From assembly GCA_018396655.1 (NCBI GenBank), contig JAGTQF010000001.1, forward strand, positions 63,844-127,843: a DNA stretch of 64,000 bases, read 5' to 3'. Below, one piece after another: positions 46,398-55,261 of the stretch. The translations under genes were made by a program, and so were the position numbers. Source of the stretch: Candidatus Bathyarchaeota archaeon. GTDB taxonomy: Archaea > Thermoproteota > Bathyarchaeia > Bathyarchaeales > DTEX01. The notes under the pieces are model-generated. The model saw only the letters and a program-made list of their open reading frames with translations, searched no databases and was not told the origin of the DNA. Position 1 is the stretch's first letter. Each line of letters starts with the position of its first letter.

Positions 46398-49112
46398 TTA
46401 TTCTTTAATGTTCAGGATGCCCTCTTTAACCCTCTTAAAGTCTAATAGGGCTATGGATGCTGCCTCAAGGAATGTTTGGACTGGAACTATTTTTATGCCC
46501 CTCTCAGCTAGCATCTTCTCTGTGTCAAAGCTCTTCAGCCTCTCATAATTATATCTTGGTATGATTAGCGTGCGGGCATACTGGTCTGAAAGGGCAGCCT
46601 CAATCTTACCCATCCCCCTATAATCGAGTCCACCAACTGGCCAAACCTCCCCAAGCGCGGTTATAGCGCCCGTCATAACAACAGTCGGGTCAACCTCAAC
46701 ACCAGTTAAAGCTGAGAGCATTGCTACTGCTATTGCGAGACCAGCGGATGGTCCTGAGACGGGTGGTCTCGTTATGCCGGGTCCGACTATTTGTTTCTCC
46801 ATTCCTTTGGCTGGTGTAACTAATTCGATATATACATCGTAGTCTTTAAACCTCCAGTTTGAAATCGAGTTTATATATATGAACGCATCATATGCGCTTG
46901 CTAATATACTCTCACCAGTTTCGCTTCCAATCACATGAACCTTCCCAGAACCCCTTGGGTTAACAACAACCTCTATCACGCCGACAAATCCGCCCAATTC
47001 ACCACGTTCTCCCAAAGCCACAAGCCCATAGCTCTTTCCTATCTCCGGTTTCGGTATTCTAACAGTCTCAAACATCATTCTCTGCGCCTCTTCAAGTGCC
47101 TCGTCATAGGTTCTCTCTAGAGCCTTCTCGAAATGATAGAGTCTCAGCGGGTAATTCTCAGGCTCAATCCTCTCGAGCTTACTTATTAAATCTGGGTCGT
47201 TTGGGTCAACCTTTAACACCTCGAAGAGGCGCTCTAGGTCGCTTTTATAAAGCTCCTTTATTTCACTTGTTTTCTCAGGCTTATACTTCATTGTTTGAAG
47301 AAGCCTATAGCATGCTTCGAGTTCTTTTGTTCTTAATCGGTTTGCATCATCAATTGTATCAGCGATTTTTCTCGGACTTAGAATCTTCTTCTCAAAGATT
47401 CTTAATATATCGCTGGCTGTTAGACCCCTTTCTAAATGATGCCTGTACCTTCTAAGGTGTATTTCTATTATCTCGAGCTTCTCCTCCCTATTCTTTGGAT
47501 ACGTGAACTCAAAGTGTCTCGTGAAGCGCTCAAGCAACGCTGGGTCAAGAATCTCGATGCGGTTTGTGGCGCCAATAACCACAACATTCGTAAGCGGCGT
47601 GAAGCCATCTATCTCCGTGAGCAGCTGGGAGACAACCCTATCAATAACTGGGTCGTGGGTTCCTCTTCTAGGCGCTATGGCATCAATCTCATCGAAGAAT
47701 ATTATTGCTGGGGCATTCTTACGCGCGTCCTCAAATATATCGCGTATAGTCTTCTCGGGGTCCCCATAATGTCCCTGGAGGATTGAGGGACCATTGATAT
47801 TGTAGAACCAGACATTGTTCTCTCCGGCTATAGCCTTAGCCAATAGAGTCTTACCGGTGCCTGGAGGACCGTAAAATATGAAGCCCTTCGGCGGTTGATA
47901 GCCAGCCTTAACAGCTAGGTTAGCGTCTAGAGCCAGAGATATCTCTTTAATTATCTCATCTTTTATTCCATGGAGACCTCCGACGTCACTATATCTTTCC
48001 CTTGGCGCTATCCTAATAATCGCCTTTTTTGCAGCCTCAGTCTTCTCTGCAGATGTGTAGCTTTTAAGCTTACGGGCGGCAGCCCTGAAGTCGCTAAGGC
48101 TTACCTCCTTTCTGATGGTTTCAACATGCACGTCATCTTCGGCCTTAAAGAAGATTCTATCTATGAGCTTACGCTGTATTGGTCTATATTTTTCGCTCAT
48201 AACTATATCGAAGGCATTGCATATATCGGCGGGTGTTAATTTTGTTCCACCCACACTTCTCAACGTATCCTCTATCGCATCAACTATCTCCCTTGGATTA
48301 AGTTCCAAGCCGTATTTCTCACAATTCCTTTTTGCTATCTCAATAAGCATATCCCTTGTGATTCCCGTATCGAGGTCTATTGTTCCAACAACACCTCTAC
48401 GCCGAAGGGTTTCCGTAATAGTTTCATACTCATTTGTTGATATTAGCAGAATGCACCTGTAATTCTTCTTTTGTAGGTCATCAATCTTCTCTAGAAATAC
48501 TGTTTGAACCCTCTTCTCTTCCATTCCAACCTCAGTTGAGGATGCAAATCGACTTCCAAAAGCCTGAAACTCGTCAATCAATATTACACTGGGTCTTTGG
48601 AATGCTGCCTCAAAGAAGGCGCTGAGCTGCTGGGCGCTCCTACCATACCACATAGTGTAGACTTCCTCTGGCTTGAGAGATGCATAATAAACAATTAAGC
48701 CGTATTTTAAGCCAGCCTCAAATATTTCTCTTTGGCATGCTTCGGCAAAAAACGTTTTTCCACTTCCTGAACTGCCCTTCAGTATGAAGACTTTTGGTGG
48801 TGGAACTGGGCTGCTCTTGCGAATCTCAGGGTCTCGAAATATGTGATAGTAAGCGCTTAAGAGAACCTTATCGAATTCCTCATCTCTTCCAACAACATCA
48901 GCCCTCGTTACTCTTGGGAAGTCAAGTCTTTTTCTTATAGCCCTAGCCTTCTTTTCAACCTCAGCCTTCCTTTTCTCGGGGGGCTTTTGTAGAAACCTCC
49001 ATAGCCTATATTGCCATGAGGTCAGGTAGAGTAGTGGAGCAAATATTTTTCTTAACTTTGGCCTATTATACCACCATTGGCTTGTGAACTCTTCCTCCTT
49101 CTCCTCATACAT
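46398..49112 (-). CDS. Tandem AAA-AAA ATPase fused to a C-terminal Lon (S16) protease domain
   Basis: D1: GSSGSGKT, ILIDE. D2: DVGG, PPKGFIFYGPPGTGKT, IFFDEID, GATNR..LDPAL. Lon: SGPSAG, MTGAI...G.V.PVGG, KIEAA. Confidence 0.88.
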   Translation of the reverse strand: MYEEKEEEFTSQWWYNRPKLRKIFAPLLYLTSWQYRLWRFLQKPPEKRKAEVEKKARAIRKRLDFPRVTRADVVGRDEEFDKVLLSAYYHIFRDPEIRKSSPVPPPKVFILKGSSGSGKTFFAEACQREIFEAGLKYGLIVYYASLKPEEVYTMWYGRSAQQLSAFFEAAFQRPSVILIDEFQAFGSRFASSTEVGMEEKRVQTVFLEKIDDLQKKNYRCILLISTNEYETITETLRRRGVVGTIDLDTGITRDMLIEIAKRNCEKYGLELNPREIVDAIEDTLRSVGGTKLTPADICNAFDIVMSEKYRPIQRKLIDRIFFKAEDDVHVETIRKEVSLSDFRAAARKLKSYTSAEKTEAAKKAIIRIAPRERYSDVGGLHGIKDEIIKEISLALDANLAVKAGYQPPKGFIFYGPPGTGKTLLAKAIAGENNVWFYNINGPSILQGHYGDPEKTIRDIFEDARKNAPAIIFFDEIDAIAPRRGTHDPVIDRVVSQLLTEIDGFTPLTNVVVIGATNRIEILDPALLERFTRHFEFTYPKNREEKLEIIEIHLRRYRHHLERGLTASDILRIFEKKILSPRKIADTIDDANRLRTKELEACYRLLQTMKYKPEKTSEIKELYKSDLERLFEVLKVDPNDPDLISKLERIEPENYPLRLYHFEKALERTYDEALEEAQRMMFETVRIPKPEIGKSYGLVALGERGELGGFVGVIEVVVNPRGSGKVHVIGSETGESILASAYDAFIYINSISNWRFKDYDVYIELVTPAKGMEKQIVGPGITRPPVSGPSAGLAIAVAMLSALTGVEVDPTVVMTGAITALGEVWPVGGLDYRGMGKIEAALSDQYARTLIIPRYNYERLKSFDTEKMLAERGIKIVPVQTFLEAASIALLDFKRVKEGILNIKE

Positions 49113-49119
49113 AAAATGG

Positions 49120-49926
49120 TCACCCCTCTAAAATCATGAGGCGAACTTGGTAAAGTATGAAGAAGCTCGCTAGAATCAGTAGAATTATCAGCGCCCAGCG
49201 AGTCTTTGGCACTCCCTCTATTCTATTCTTGAAATATGAGTCTACAATAAGAAATATGTCAAAATATGCGAGCCCTGCTACGGTGGCAGCGAACAAAAAT
49301 ATGCTTAAAGGTTTGAAAGAGCCCAAAAGTGCTAATGGATTTGAAGACTTATTATAAACTTGTAGGGTAACATTGATTTTGTGGTTTAAACTTCTATCTC
49401 CTTCTGGCGATATGCCGATTTTCGGAAAAAGAATTATGAATGAGGAAGTTAAGATGGTGAGGGAGCCGGCTGATGTGCCGCCGGCTGGTGTAATTGTGGG
49501 GGTTCCTACCGTCTCGTAAAATTTGGGTTCACTTGTATATACACCTATAGTAGCATTCCACGCTCCTGCAAAACTAAATGTAACCATGAAACTATAAGTT
49601 CCCTCAGACTTTGGTGTCACGTATATCGATGAAACCCTTTGCCCCTCATATAGGTCGTTGGTTGAGAATTTTATGAATATCGGCTTTGAAGGAATACACT
49701 CCACCGATAGATTTTCTACTGGCGGCCATATATAAATCGCCAGAGTATCGTTTGCTAGGATTCTTAGTTCTCCTGTTTGCCAAATTGTTTCCTCCGCTAA
49801 TGCAGGTCTCAAAAGCGTGGCGGTTAAAATGCATGCAACCGCCATTATGCGAAGAATGAGCTTTAAAGGTGGGCTTCTATTTATGCGAGTTTTAGAACAC
49901 TCTCTCTTATAGAGAACTTCGTTCAT
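49120..49926 (-). CDS. Hypothetical exported/membrane protein (signal-like helix, beta-rich ectodomain, two C-terminal TM helices); paralog of 50000-50791
   Basis: Hydrophobic N-terminus ending ALA-E, C-terminal TM hairpin; ATG at 49926 behind GAAGGTG. Confidence 0.75.
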   Translation of the reverse strand: MNEVLYKRECSKTRINRSPPLKLILRIMAVACILTATLLRPALAEETIWQTGELRILANDTLAIYIWPPVENLSVECIPSKPIFIKFSTNDLYEGQRVSSIYVTPKSEGTYSFMVTFSFAGAWNATIGVYTSEPKFYETVGTPTITPAGGTSAGSLTILTSSFIILFPKIGISPEGDRSLNHKINVTLQVYNKSSNPLALLGSFKPLSIFLFAATVAGLAYFDIFLIVDSYFKNRIEGVPKTRWALIILLILASFFILYQVRLMILEG

Positions 49927-49965
49927 TGAACACCTTCTCAATATTGCTATTTCCTAATACCTTAT

Positions 49966-49979
49966 GATAAATATTTCTC
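49966..49979 (-). promoter_or_regulatory. BRE/TATA-like motif GAGAAATATTTATC, duplicated at 50843-50856
   Basis: Identical 14-mer 40-52 nt upstream of both paralogous membrane genes. Confidence 0.6.
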
Positions 49980-49999
49980 CCAATATCCGCTTCTTTCTT

Positions 50000-50791
50000 T
50001 TACCCTGATAAAGCAACATATAATTGATATATGATTAGAAGGCTTATGAGAGCCAGCAGAGCTACTAACGCTAGGCGGATTCTCGTCGCCCGCTCAGCCC
50101 TTCTCTTAAAATATAAATCTGTAACGAAGAACGCATTTAAATAAATCAGTACAGTGCTAATTACCGCAAATAAAATCATATTTGTGGTGCTAGGAAAACT
50201 TATATTAAGTGTCTCGGAGAATGGTTGTTCATAAACCCTTAAATCAATGCTTATCTTATAGTGGCTATTTGTTGTTTGGCCGCTTGATAATGCAGTAATC
50301 TTCTGGAGTTCCACAAAATAGTAGCCTTGAGATACTGAGATGGTTCCAATTCTCTGGTAAAATTTGATGTTACTTGGATATACACCTATAGTGGCATTCC
50401 ATGTAGCACTGGAGCTAAATGAGACTAAAACATTATATACTCCACTCGTGCTTGGCGTAAAATATACAACTGATAGTTCACGCCCATATTGCCGCCATCT
50501 TGAGGAGAAGGCGGTCCAGAACCTATTTGACCCCTGTGGATTGCAATTTACCGATAGGTTTTCTACTGGCGGCCATATGTAAATCGTTAACGTATCATCT
50601 CTAAAAATATCGAATTTAAGATTGACTGATGTCTCATTCGCGAGTATGCACCTTGGCATAATGGCTGATGTGCTTAGAAGAGCAATCGTTAGGGCAAAGA
50701 TTACGTTCCCACAATATCTGAGACCATGCTTTCTTCCTATTCTCCTTAAAAGGAGATTTCTACCCTCTCTATAATTTGTGCTCTTTAGCAT
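50000..50791 (-). CDS. Hypothetical exported/membrane protein; paralog of 49120-49926
   Basis: Shares DTL.IYIWPPVENLSV.C and WNATIGVY blocks and the same predicted topology. Confidence 0.75.
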   Translation of the reverse strand: MLKSTNYREGRNLLLRRIGRKHGLRYCGNVIFALTIALLSTSAIMPRCILANETSVNLKFDIFRDDTLTIYIWPPVENLSVNCNPQGSNRFWTAFSSRWRQYGRELSVVYFTPSTSGVYNVLVSFSSSATWNATIGVYPSNIKFYQRIGTISVSQGYYFVELQKITALSSGQTTNSHYKISIDLRVYEQPFSETLNISFPSTTNMILFAVISTVLIYLNAFFVTDLYFKRRAERATRIRLALVALLALISLLIIYQLYVALSG

Positions 50792-50842
50792 CTCTCTTTA
50801 GCTCTTTTCCCATTATATGTATGAATTTAGGCTTCTCTTTGC

Positions 50843-50856
50843 GATAAATATTTCTC
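50843..50856 (-). promoter_or_regulatory. BRE/TATA-like motif GAGAAATATTTATC (second copy)
   Basis: Identical to 49966-49979. Confidence 0.6.
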
Positions 50857-50907
50857 TCAGATGAAGATTATTTATAGCATGTTAAGCGCCCTTTCTAACC
50901 GGAATGG

Positions 50908-52200
50908 ATGCTTATGCACAAGCGTAAGTATTGGGGCGAGATTAAGGACCCAATATATGGTTATGTTTCTATAACTGATGTGGAGAAGGAGATTATAGAT
51001 TCGTTTCCATTTCAGAGGCTGCGTAGGATAAGGCAGCTTGCTGGTGCCGAATATGTTTATCCAGGGGCTAATCATACTAGATTTGAGCATTCGATAGGTG
51101 TTATGCATCTTGCTGGGCTTATGGTTGATAACCCCCAAATATCGCAGATTATATCTGAAGATGAAGCCCAGATGATTCGTATAGCAGCCCTACTCCATGA
51201 TGTTGGTCATGGACCTTTCTCGCATGTATTTGAGCACATTCTCACGAAGTTTCTTGGAAAGACCCATGAGGACATGACTACTTGGATAATTACAAGCTCT
51301 GAACTTAGGGATATTATAAGTGGTTTAGGCTATGACCCGAATGTTATTGGGGCCCTAGCAGTTGGCAGATTAAATAGACCTAAAATGGCTTTTATGGACC
51401 AGATTATTAGGAGTGCCGTTGATGCCGATAAGCTGGATTTTGTCGTTAGGGATACGTATCATACTGGCGCGGAGTATGGTTTTGTGGATGTTTTCCGCCT
51501 AACGCGAACATTAGATGTGATTGATGGAAACCTATCTGTCGATGTGGGTGCGCTCTCAGCGCTAGAGTCATTTATACTTGCACGCATAGAGTCTTTCAAG
51601 AGTATATATTTTCATAGGGTTGGGAGGGCTGTTCAGATAATGCTCGCGATGGCTATGGAGAGTGCCAAAGATGAGTTAGGTCTTGTAGATTTTAGGTCTC
51701 CAGAAGAATATTTGTCGCTCAATGATTACACGCTATGGACTAAGCTGAAGGAATGCGAGAAGTCTAGGGGGATTATTGAGAGGTTAGAGAGGCGAAAGCT
51801 GTTAAAATGCGCCTATGACCCGCCACCATTCTATATTAAAGATAGAATTGTCTCAGCAATATTCAATGTTGAGGGAATAAGGAATAGGATAAGGGAGCAG
51901 ATAGCCGAGGAGGCTGGCGTAGAGCCCCAAGAGGTTATAATTGATGTGCCAACACTTCCCTCAGTTCCATACCACCATGCCTTCCCGCTCGAGCCAATGG
52001 AGATACCTGTCTTCCAGAAGACTAGGGATGGAAGAAAAATTTCAGGCAGACTGAGCGAGGTTTCCGGAATATTCGATCTTCTTAAAGGTTTCATGAATAT
52101 TCTAAGGGTCTATACTGAGGAGGAGCATTTGAAGAGGGTTCAGGAGGTTTCTGAAAGGCTTTTTGGTAATCTTCCATTTTCAATGAAAATATCATATTAG
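50908..52200 (+). CDS. HD-domain phosphohydrolase (COG1078, dNTPase/SAMHD1-like)
   Basis: IKDPIYG, FQRLRRIRQL, HTRFEHS, LLHDVGHGPFSH, DADKLD...RD. Confidence 0.92.
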   Translation: MLMHKRKYWGEIKDPIYGYVSITDVEKEIIDSFPFQRLRRIRQLAGAEYVYPGANHTRFEHSIGVMHLAGLMVDNPQISQIISEDEAQMIRIAALLHDVGHGPFSHVFEHILTKFLGKTHEDMTTWIITSSELRDIISGLGYDPNVIGALAVGRLNRPKMAFMDQIIRSAVDADKLDFVVRDTYHTGAEYGFVDVFRLTRTLDVIDGNLSVDVGALSALESFILARIESFKSIYFHRVGRAVQIMLAMAMESAKDELGLVDFRSPEEYLSLNDYTLWTKLKECEKSRGIIERLERRKLLKCAYDPPPFYIKDRIVSAIFNVEGIRNRIREQIAEEAGVEPQEVIIDVPTLPSVPYHHAFPLEPMEIPVFQKTRDGRKISGRLSEVSGIFDLLKGFMNILRVYTEEEHLKRVQEVSERLFGNLPFSMKISY

Positions 52201-52245
52201 TGGTTACGCATGTAATGGGTGTGAAGACTAGGGGAGAGGTGGATA

Positions 52246-52653
52246 TTGGCTGAGATTATACTTAGGGGTCGGCCGATAGTTTCTGGTCGAGCTAGAGGGG
52301 TGGCTCTAGTATCAAGTAAGCCCCTAAGTTTTCTGGGTGGAGTTGACCCTAAGACGGGGATAATTGTTGAGAGGGGCCATGACCTTCATGGCAAAAGCGT
52401 TAGAGATGTAATTTTATGTTTTCCACATGGGCATGGCTCAACAGTCGGCAGCTTCGTGCTCTTCTCGCTTGCCAAGAATGGCTTAGCTCCAAAGGCTATA
52501 GTAAACTTGGTTGCCGACCCAGTTGTAGTTGTTGGCGCAGTTATCGCCAACATACCAATGATTGATGGGGTCGATATTACGAAGATTAGGTGCGGTGACA
52601 TCTTGGAGGTTGATGGCGAGACGGGCTTAGTGAAGGTTTGTAGGGAGGGTTAA
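52246..52653 (+). CDS. AcnX swivel subunit (DUF126); probable phosphomevalonate dehydratase small subunit
   Basis: PLSFLGGVDP.TG, GSTVGS, APKAI, VDG..G. Confidence 0.9.
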   Translation: MAEIILRGRPIVSGRARGVALVSSKPLSFLGGVDPKTGIIVERGHDLHGKSVRDVILCFPHGHGSTVGSFVLFSLAKNGLAPKAIVNLVADPVVVVGAVIANIPMIDGVDITKIRCGDILEVDGETGLVKVCREG

Positions 52654-52660
52654 TAGAGGC

Positions 52661-53836
52661 ATGTATTTGACTAAGGATGAGGAGCGAATATATGATGGTG
52701 AGATGGGCTGGGCCTACCAAGTCTCCATGAGGATACTTGTTAAGCTGGGTGAGCTTTATGGTGCTAGGCGCTTAATACCGGTGGAATCAGCGCATATCTC
52801 AGGGGTATCCTATAAGACTGTTGGTGACGCCGCCATCGACTTTCTTAAAGCCTTGGTTGAGTCTGGTGGAAAAGTTAGGGTTAAGGCGACAATAAACCCG
52901 TCCGGCGTCGATTATAATTATGCATTTTTCAGGGCACTTCCAGAGGATTTGTTAGAGAGACAGAGGGAGATAATTGATTTGTATGAGATGATGGGTGTGG
53001 ATGCAGTTTTAACATGCACACCATATTATGTTGAGCCCCCCTCATGTGGGGCGCATGTGGCGTGGGCGGAGTCATCGGCTGTTGTATATGCAAACTCGAT
53101 TATCGGTGCTTGGACGAACCGTGAGGGTGGACCTAGTGCGCTTGCATCAGCGCTTATAGGCAAAACACCAGATTATGGGCTCCATCAGCCGGAGAATCGT
53201 CAGCCGACGATACTAGTAAGGGTTGAGGCGAATCTTGGGAGTGAGGCGGATTATGGAGCGCTTGGCATACATCTGGGTAAAATCTTGGGTGATAGAATAC
53301 CGTTAATTCAAGGGTTACATGGCGCTAATGAGACATGCCTAAAGCAGATGGGGGCTGCGATGGCGACCAGCGGCATGACCCCAATGTTCCACATGAATGA
53401 ATACGGTGCGGAGCACAATAAAAGCCTTGAAAAAATAGCCGTTGAGGATAGGGATTTAGTTAGGGTATATGAGGAGCTCTCAACTTCTGATGAAAAGCCT
53501 GATCTGGTCTTTATAGGATGCCCACACTGCTCATTTGATGAAATCAAGCTTGTTTCAAAGCTTATTGAGGGTAGAAGGATTAGGGAAGACATTAGATTGT
53601 GGGTTTGCACCTCTCGCTTTATACGTGGAAAGGCTGAGGATTACGTGAGACTTATTGAGTCGGCTGGCGGTAGAGTGGTATGTGGAACATGCGCCGTAGT
53701 CACGTGGTTGAAGAATTTTGGGATTAAAACGGTGATGACAAATTCAGCTAAGACGGCTTACTATGTGCAATTACTGGATGGTGTTAAAGCCAGCTTATCT
53801 CCAATAAGTGAATGCATTAATGTAGCATGCGAATAA
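52661..53836 (+). CDS. AcnX catalytic subunit (DUF521); probable phosphomevalonate dehydratase large subunit
   Basis: AHISGVSY, TCTPY, AWAESSA, TNREGGP, IGCPHCS, TNSAK. Confidence 0.9.
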   Translation: MYLTKDEERIYDGEMGWAYQVSMRILVKLGELYGARRLIPVESAHISGVSYKTVGDAAIDFLKALVESGGKVRVKATINPSGVDYNYAFFRALPEDLLERQREIIDLYEMMGVDAVLTCTPYYVEPPSCGAHVAWAESSAVVYANSIIGAWTNREGGPSALASALIGKTPDYGLHQPENRQPTILVRVEANLGSEADYGALGIHLGKILGDRIPLIQGLHGANETCLKQMGAAMATSGMTPMFHMNEYGAEHNKSLEKIAVEDRDLVRVYEELSTSDEKPDLVFIGCPHCSFDEIKLVSKLIEGRRIREDIRLWVCTSRFIRGKAEDYVRLIESAGGRVVCGTCAVVTWLKNFGIKTVMTNSAKTAYYVQLLDGVKASLSPISECINVACE

Positions 53837-53884
53837 AGCATCATGATGCATTAGGCGCTAAGGGGTAGAGGGAGAGGCTACTCC

Positions 53885-53905
53885 AGTTGATACCTCCCTA
53901 TCATC
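53885..53905. repeat. Palindromic site B: AGTTGATA-CCTCCC-TATCATC
   Basis: Same arms as 37091-37111, spacer inverted; intergenic between convergent genes. Confidence 0.7.
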
Positions 53906-53908
53906 TAA

Positions 53909-55261
53909 TTAGCCCCTCCCTAGGCTCAGTTTAATACTCTCAATTATCTTCGCAGCCCTATCAGATATAGGGACGTTTGCCCTCTCAAACCTCTCTTTGG
54001 GGAGCATTAGCGGGGCCGTTGCATCCAAGCCGACCTTAGTTGTCAAGCCAGTCTCTATGTCTGCTGAGGGGTCGAGGGTTGAACCTCTAACATTCCGAAT
54101 AACCACTAAATCTTCATCCGCCTGGAAGCGTGTCGCTATGGCCCACTCAACCTCGCTTGGATTAAAAACATCCACATCTTCATCTACGACAATAGCGTGC
54201 TTAAGGCTCGGATGGGCGGCAAAAGCTGCTAGAAGAGCATTCTTGGCATCGCCATCACTCTGCTTCCTAATCGATATTACGGCATGAAGCCACCCGCACC
54301 CACCCATAGTTAGATTAACAGCCCTAACCTCGGGCACAACCTTAGAAACAGCATCATATATGGCTGCTTCTCTAGGCAAGCCCATGAGCAGCATATGCTC
54401 AGGTCCACCTGGCAGAAGAGCCTGATAAATATAGTCTTCTCTTCTCATAACGTTAATGACCTCGACGATGGGTTGCATCCTTCGTGCATCATAAGCCCCA
54501 GTTATATCAACGAATGGTCCCTCAGGCGCCTCCTCAAAATGCGAGATTCTTCCCTCAAGTATCATTTCGGACTCCGCTGGAGCATATGCATTCACCTTCT
54601 CGCATTTTATGAGTTTCAGTCCGCCTTTAAGCAGCCTATTTGCAACACCATACTCGCTGACACCGAATGGCGGCGATGAGGCTGCCGCTAAGAGTACTGC
54701 TGGATGAACGCCCACGGCTATAGCAACATCAAGGTCTCGCCTGGCCTCCTTAGCCATGCTCCAAAGCCTAAACAAATGCCTTGGAACAAGCCTTATCGTC
54801 ATCCGCCTATCGTCAAGAACAAGAAGCCTATGAACCGAAACATTCTCGACGCTTCCATCAGGGCTCTTGGCAGAGACAATAGCAGAGGTTATATATGGGC
54901 CAGCATCGCGCTCAAAATGTCTTAAAACCGGAATTCTAGAGAGTTTAGGTTCTTCAATAACCTCCTTAACCGGCCCATCATTAACTATTCTTGGGTTCTC
55001 TGGCCTATTCATCGCATCAATCAAATCTCTATATAATCTCTCAGGGCTTGTCTTTAGAGCTAGGCAGAGTCTCCTCCTTGTGGCGCATACATTTCCAACA
55101 ACCCTAGAATCATACCCCTCAACATTCTCGAAGAACACTATTGGTTCACCTGGGATAGACCTCATTATCGCTGAAATCTCAAACACTGGTGAAACGCTGT
55201 CCTCTACATGGATTACCTCGCCTAAATCCTCCATTACCTTAAGAAATTCCCTAAGGCTCGT
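53909..55261 (-). CDS. UbiD family prFMN-dependent decarboxylase, probably anhydromevalonate phosphate decarboxylase; predicted ACG start
   Basis: D.GPYITS, N.SVHR, EGPFVD..G.Y, VVDEDVD, WAIATR, LDPS; N-terminal SLREFL lies upstream of the ATG at 55234. Confidence 0.9.
   Translation of the reverse strand, partial: TSLREFLKVMEDLGEVIHVEDSVSPVFEISAIMRSIPGEPIVFFENVEGYDSRVVGNVCATRRRLCLALKTSPERLYRDLIDAMNRPENPRIVNDGPVKEVIEEPKLSRIPVLRHFERDAGPYITSAIVSAKSPDGSVENVSVHRLLVLDDRRMTIRLVPRHLFRLWSMAKEARRDLDVAIAVGVHPAVLLAAASSPPFGVSEYGVANRLLKGGLKLIKCEKVNAYAPAESEMILEGRISHFEEAPEGPFVDITGAYDARRMQPIVEVINVMRREDYIYQALLPGGPEHMLLMGLPREAAIYDAVSKVVPEVRAVNLTMGGCGWLHAVISIRKQSDGDAKNALLAAFAAHPSLKHAIVVDEDVDVFNPSEVEWAIATRFQADEDLVVIRNVRGSTLDPSADIETGLTTKVGLDATAPLMLPKERFERANVPISDRAAKIIESIKLSLGRG

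Noticed and set aside
46398..49112. Calling the AAA-Lon protein BrxL (BREX) or ordinary LonB/Cdc48
   Set aside because: No other brx genes are present; it has two classical AAA modules, no LonB TM insert and no Cdc48 N-domain
53881..53893. CTCCAGTTGATAC resembling a mini-ORB origin box
   Set aside because: Single imperfect copy, with no cdc6/orc1 gene or AT-rich unwinding element nearby
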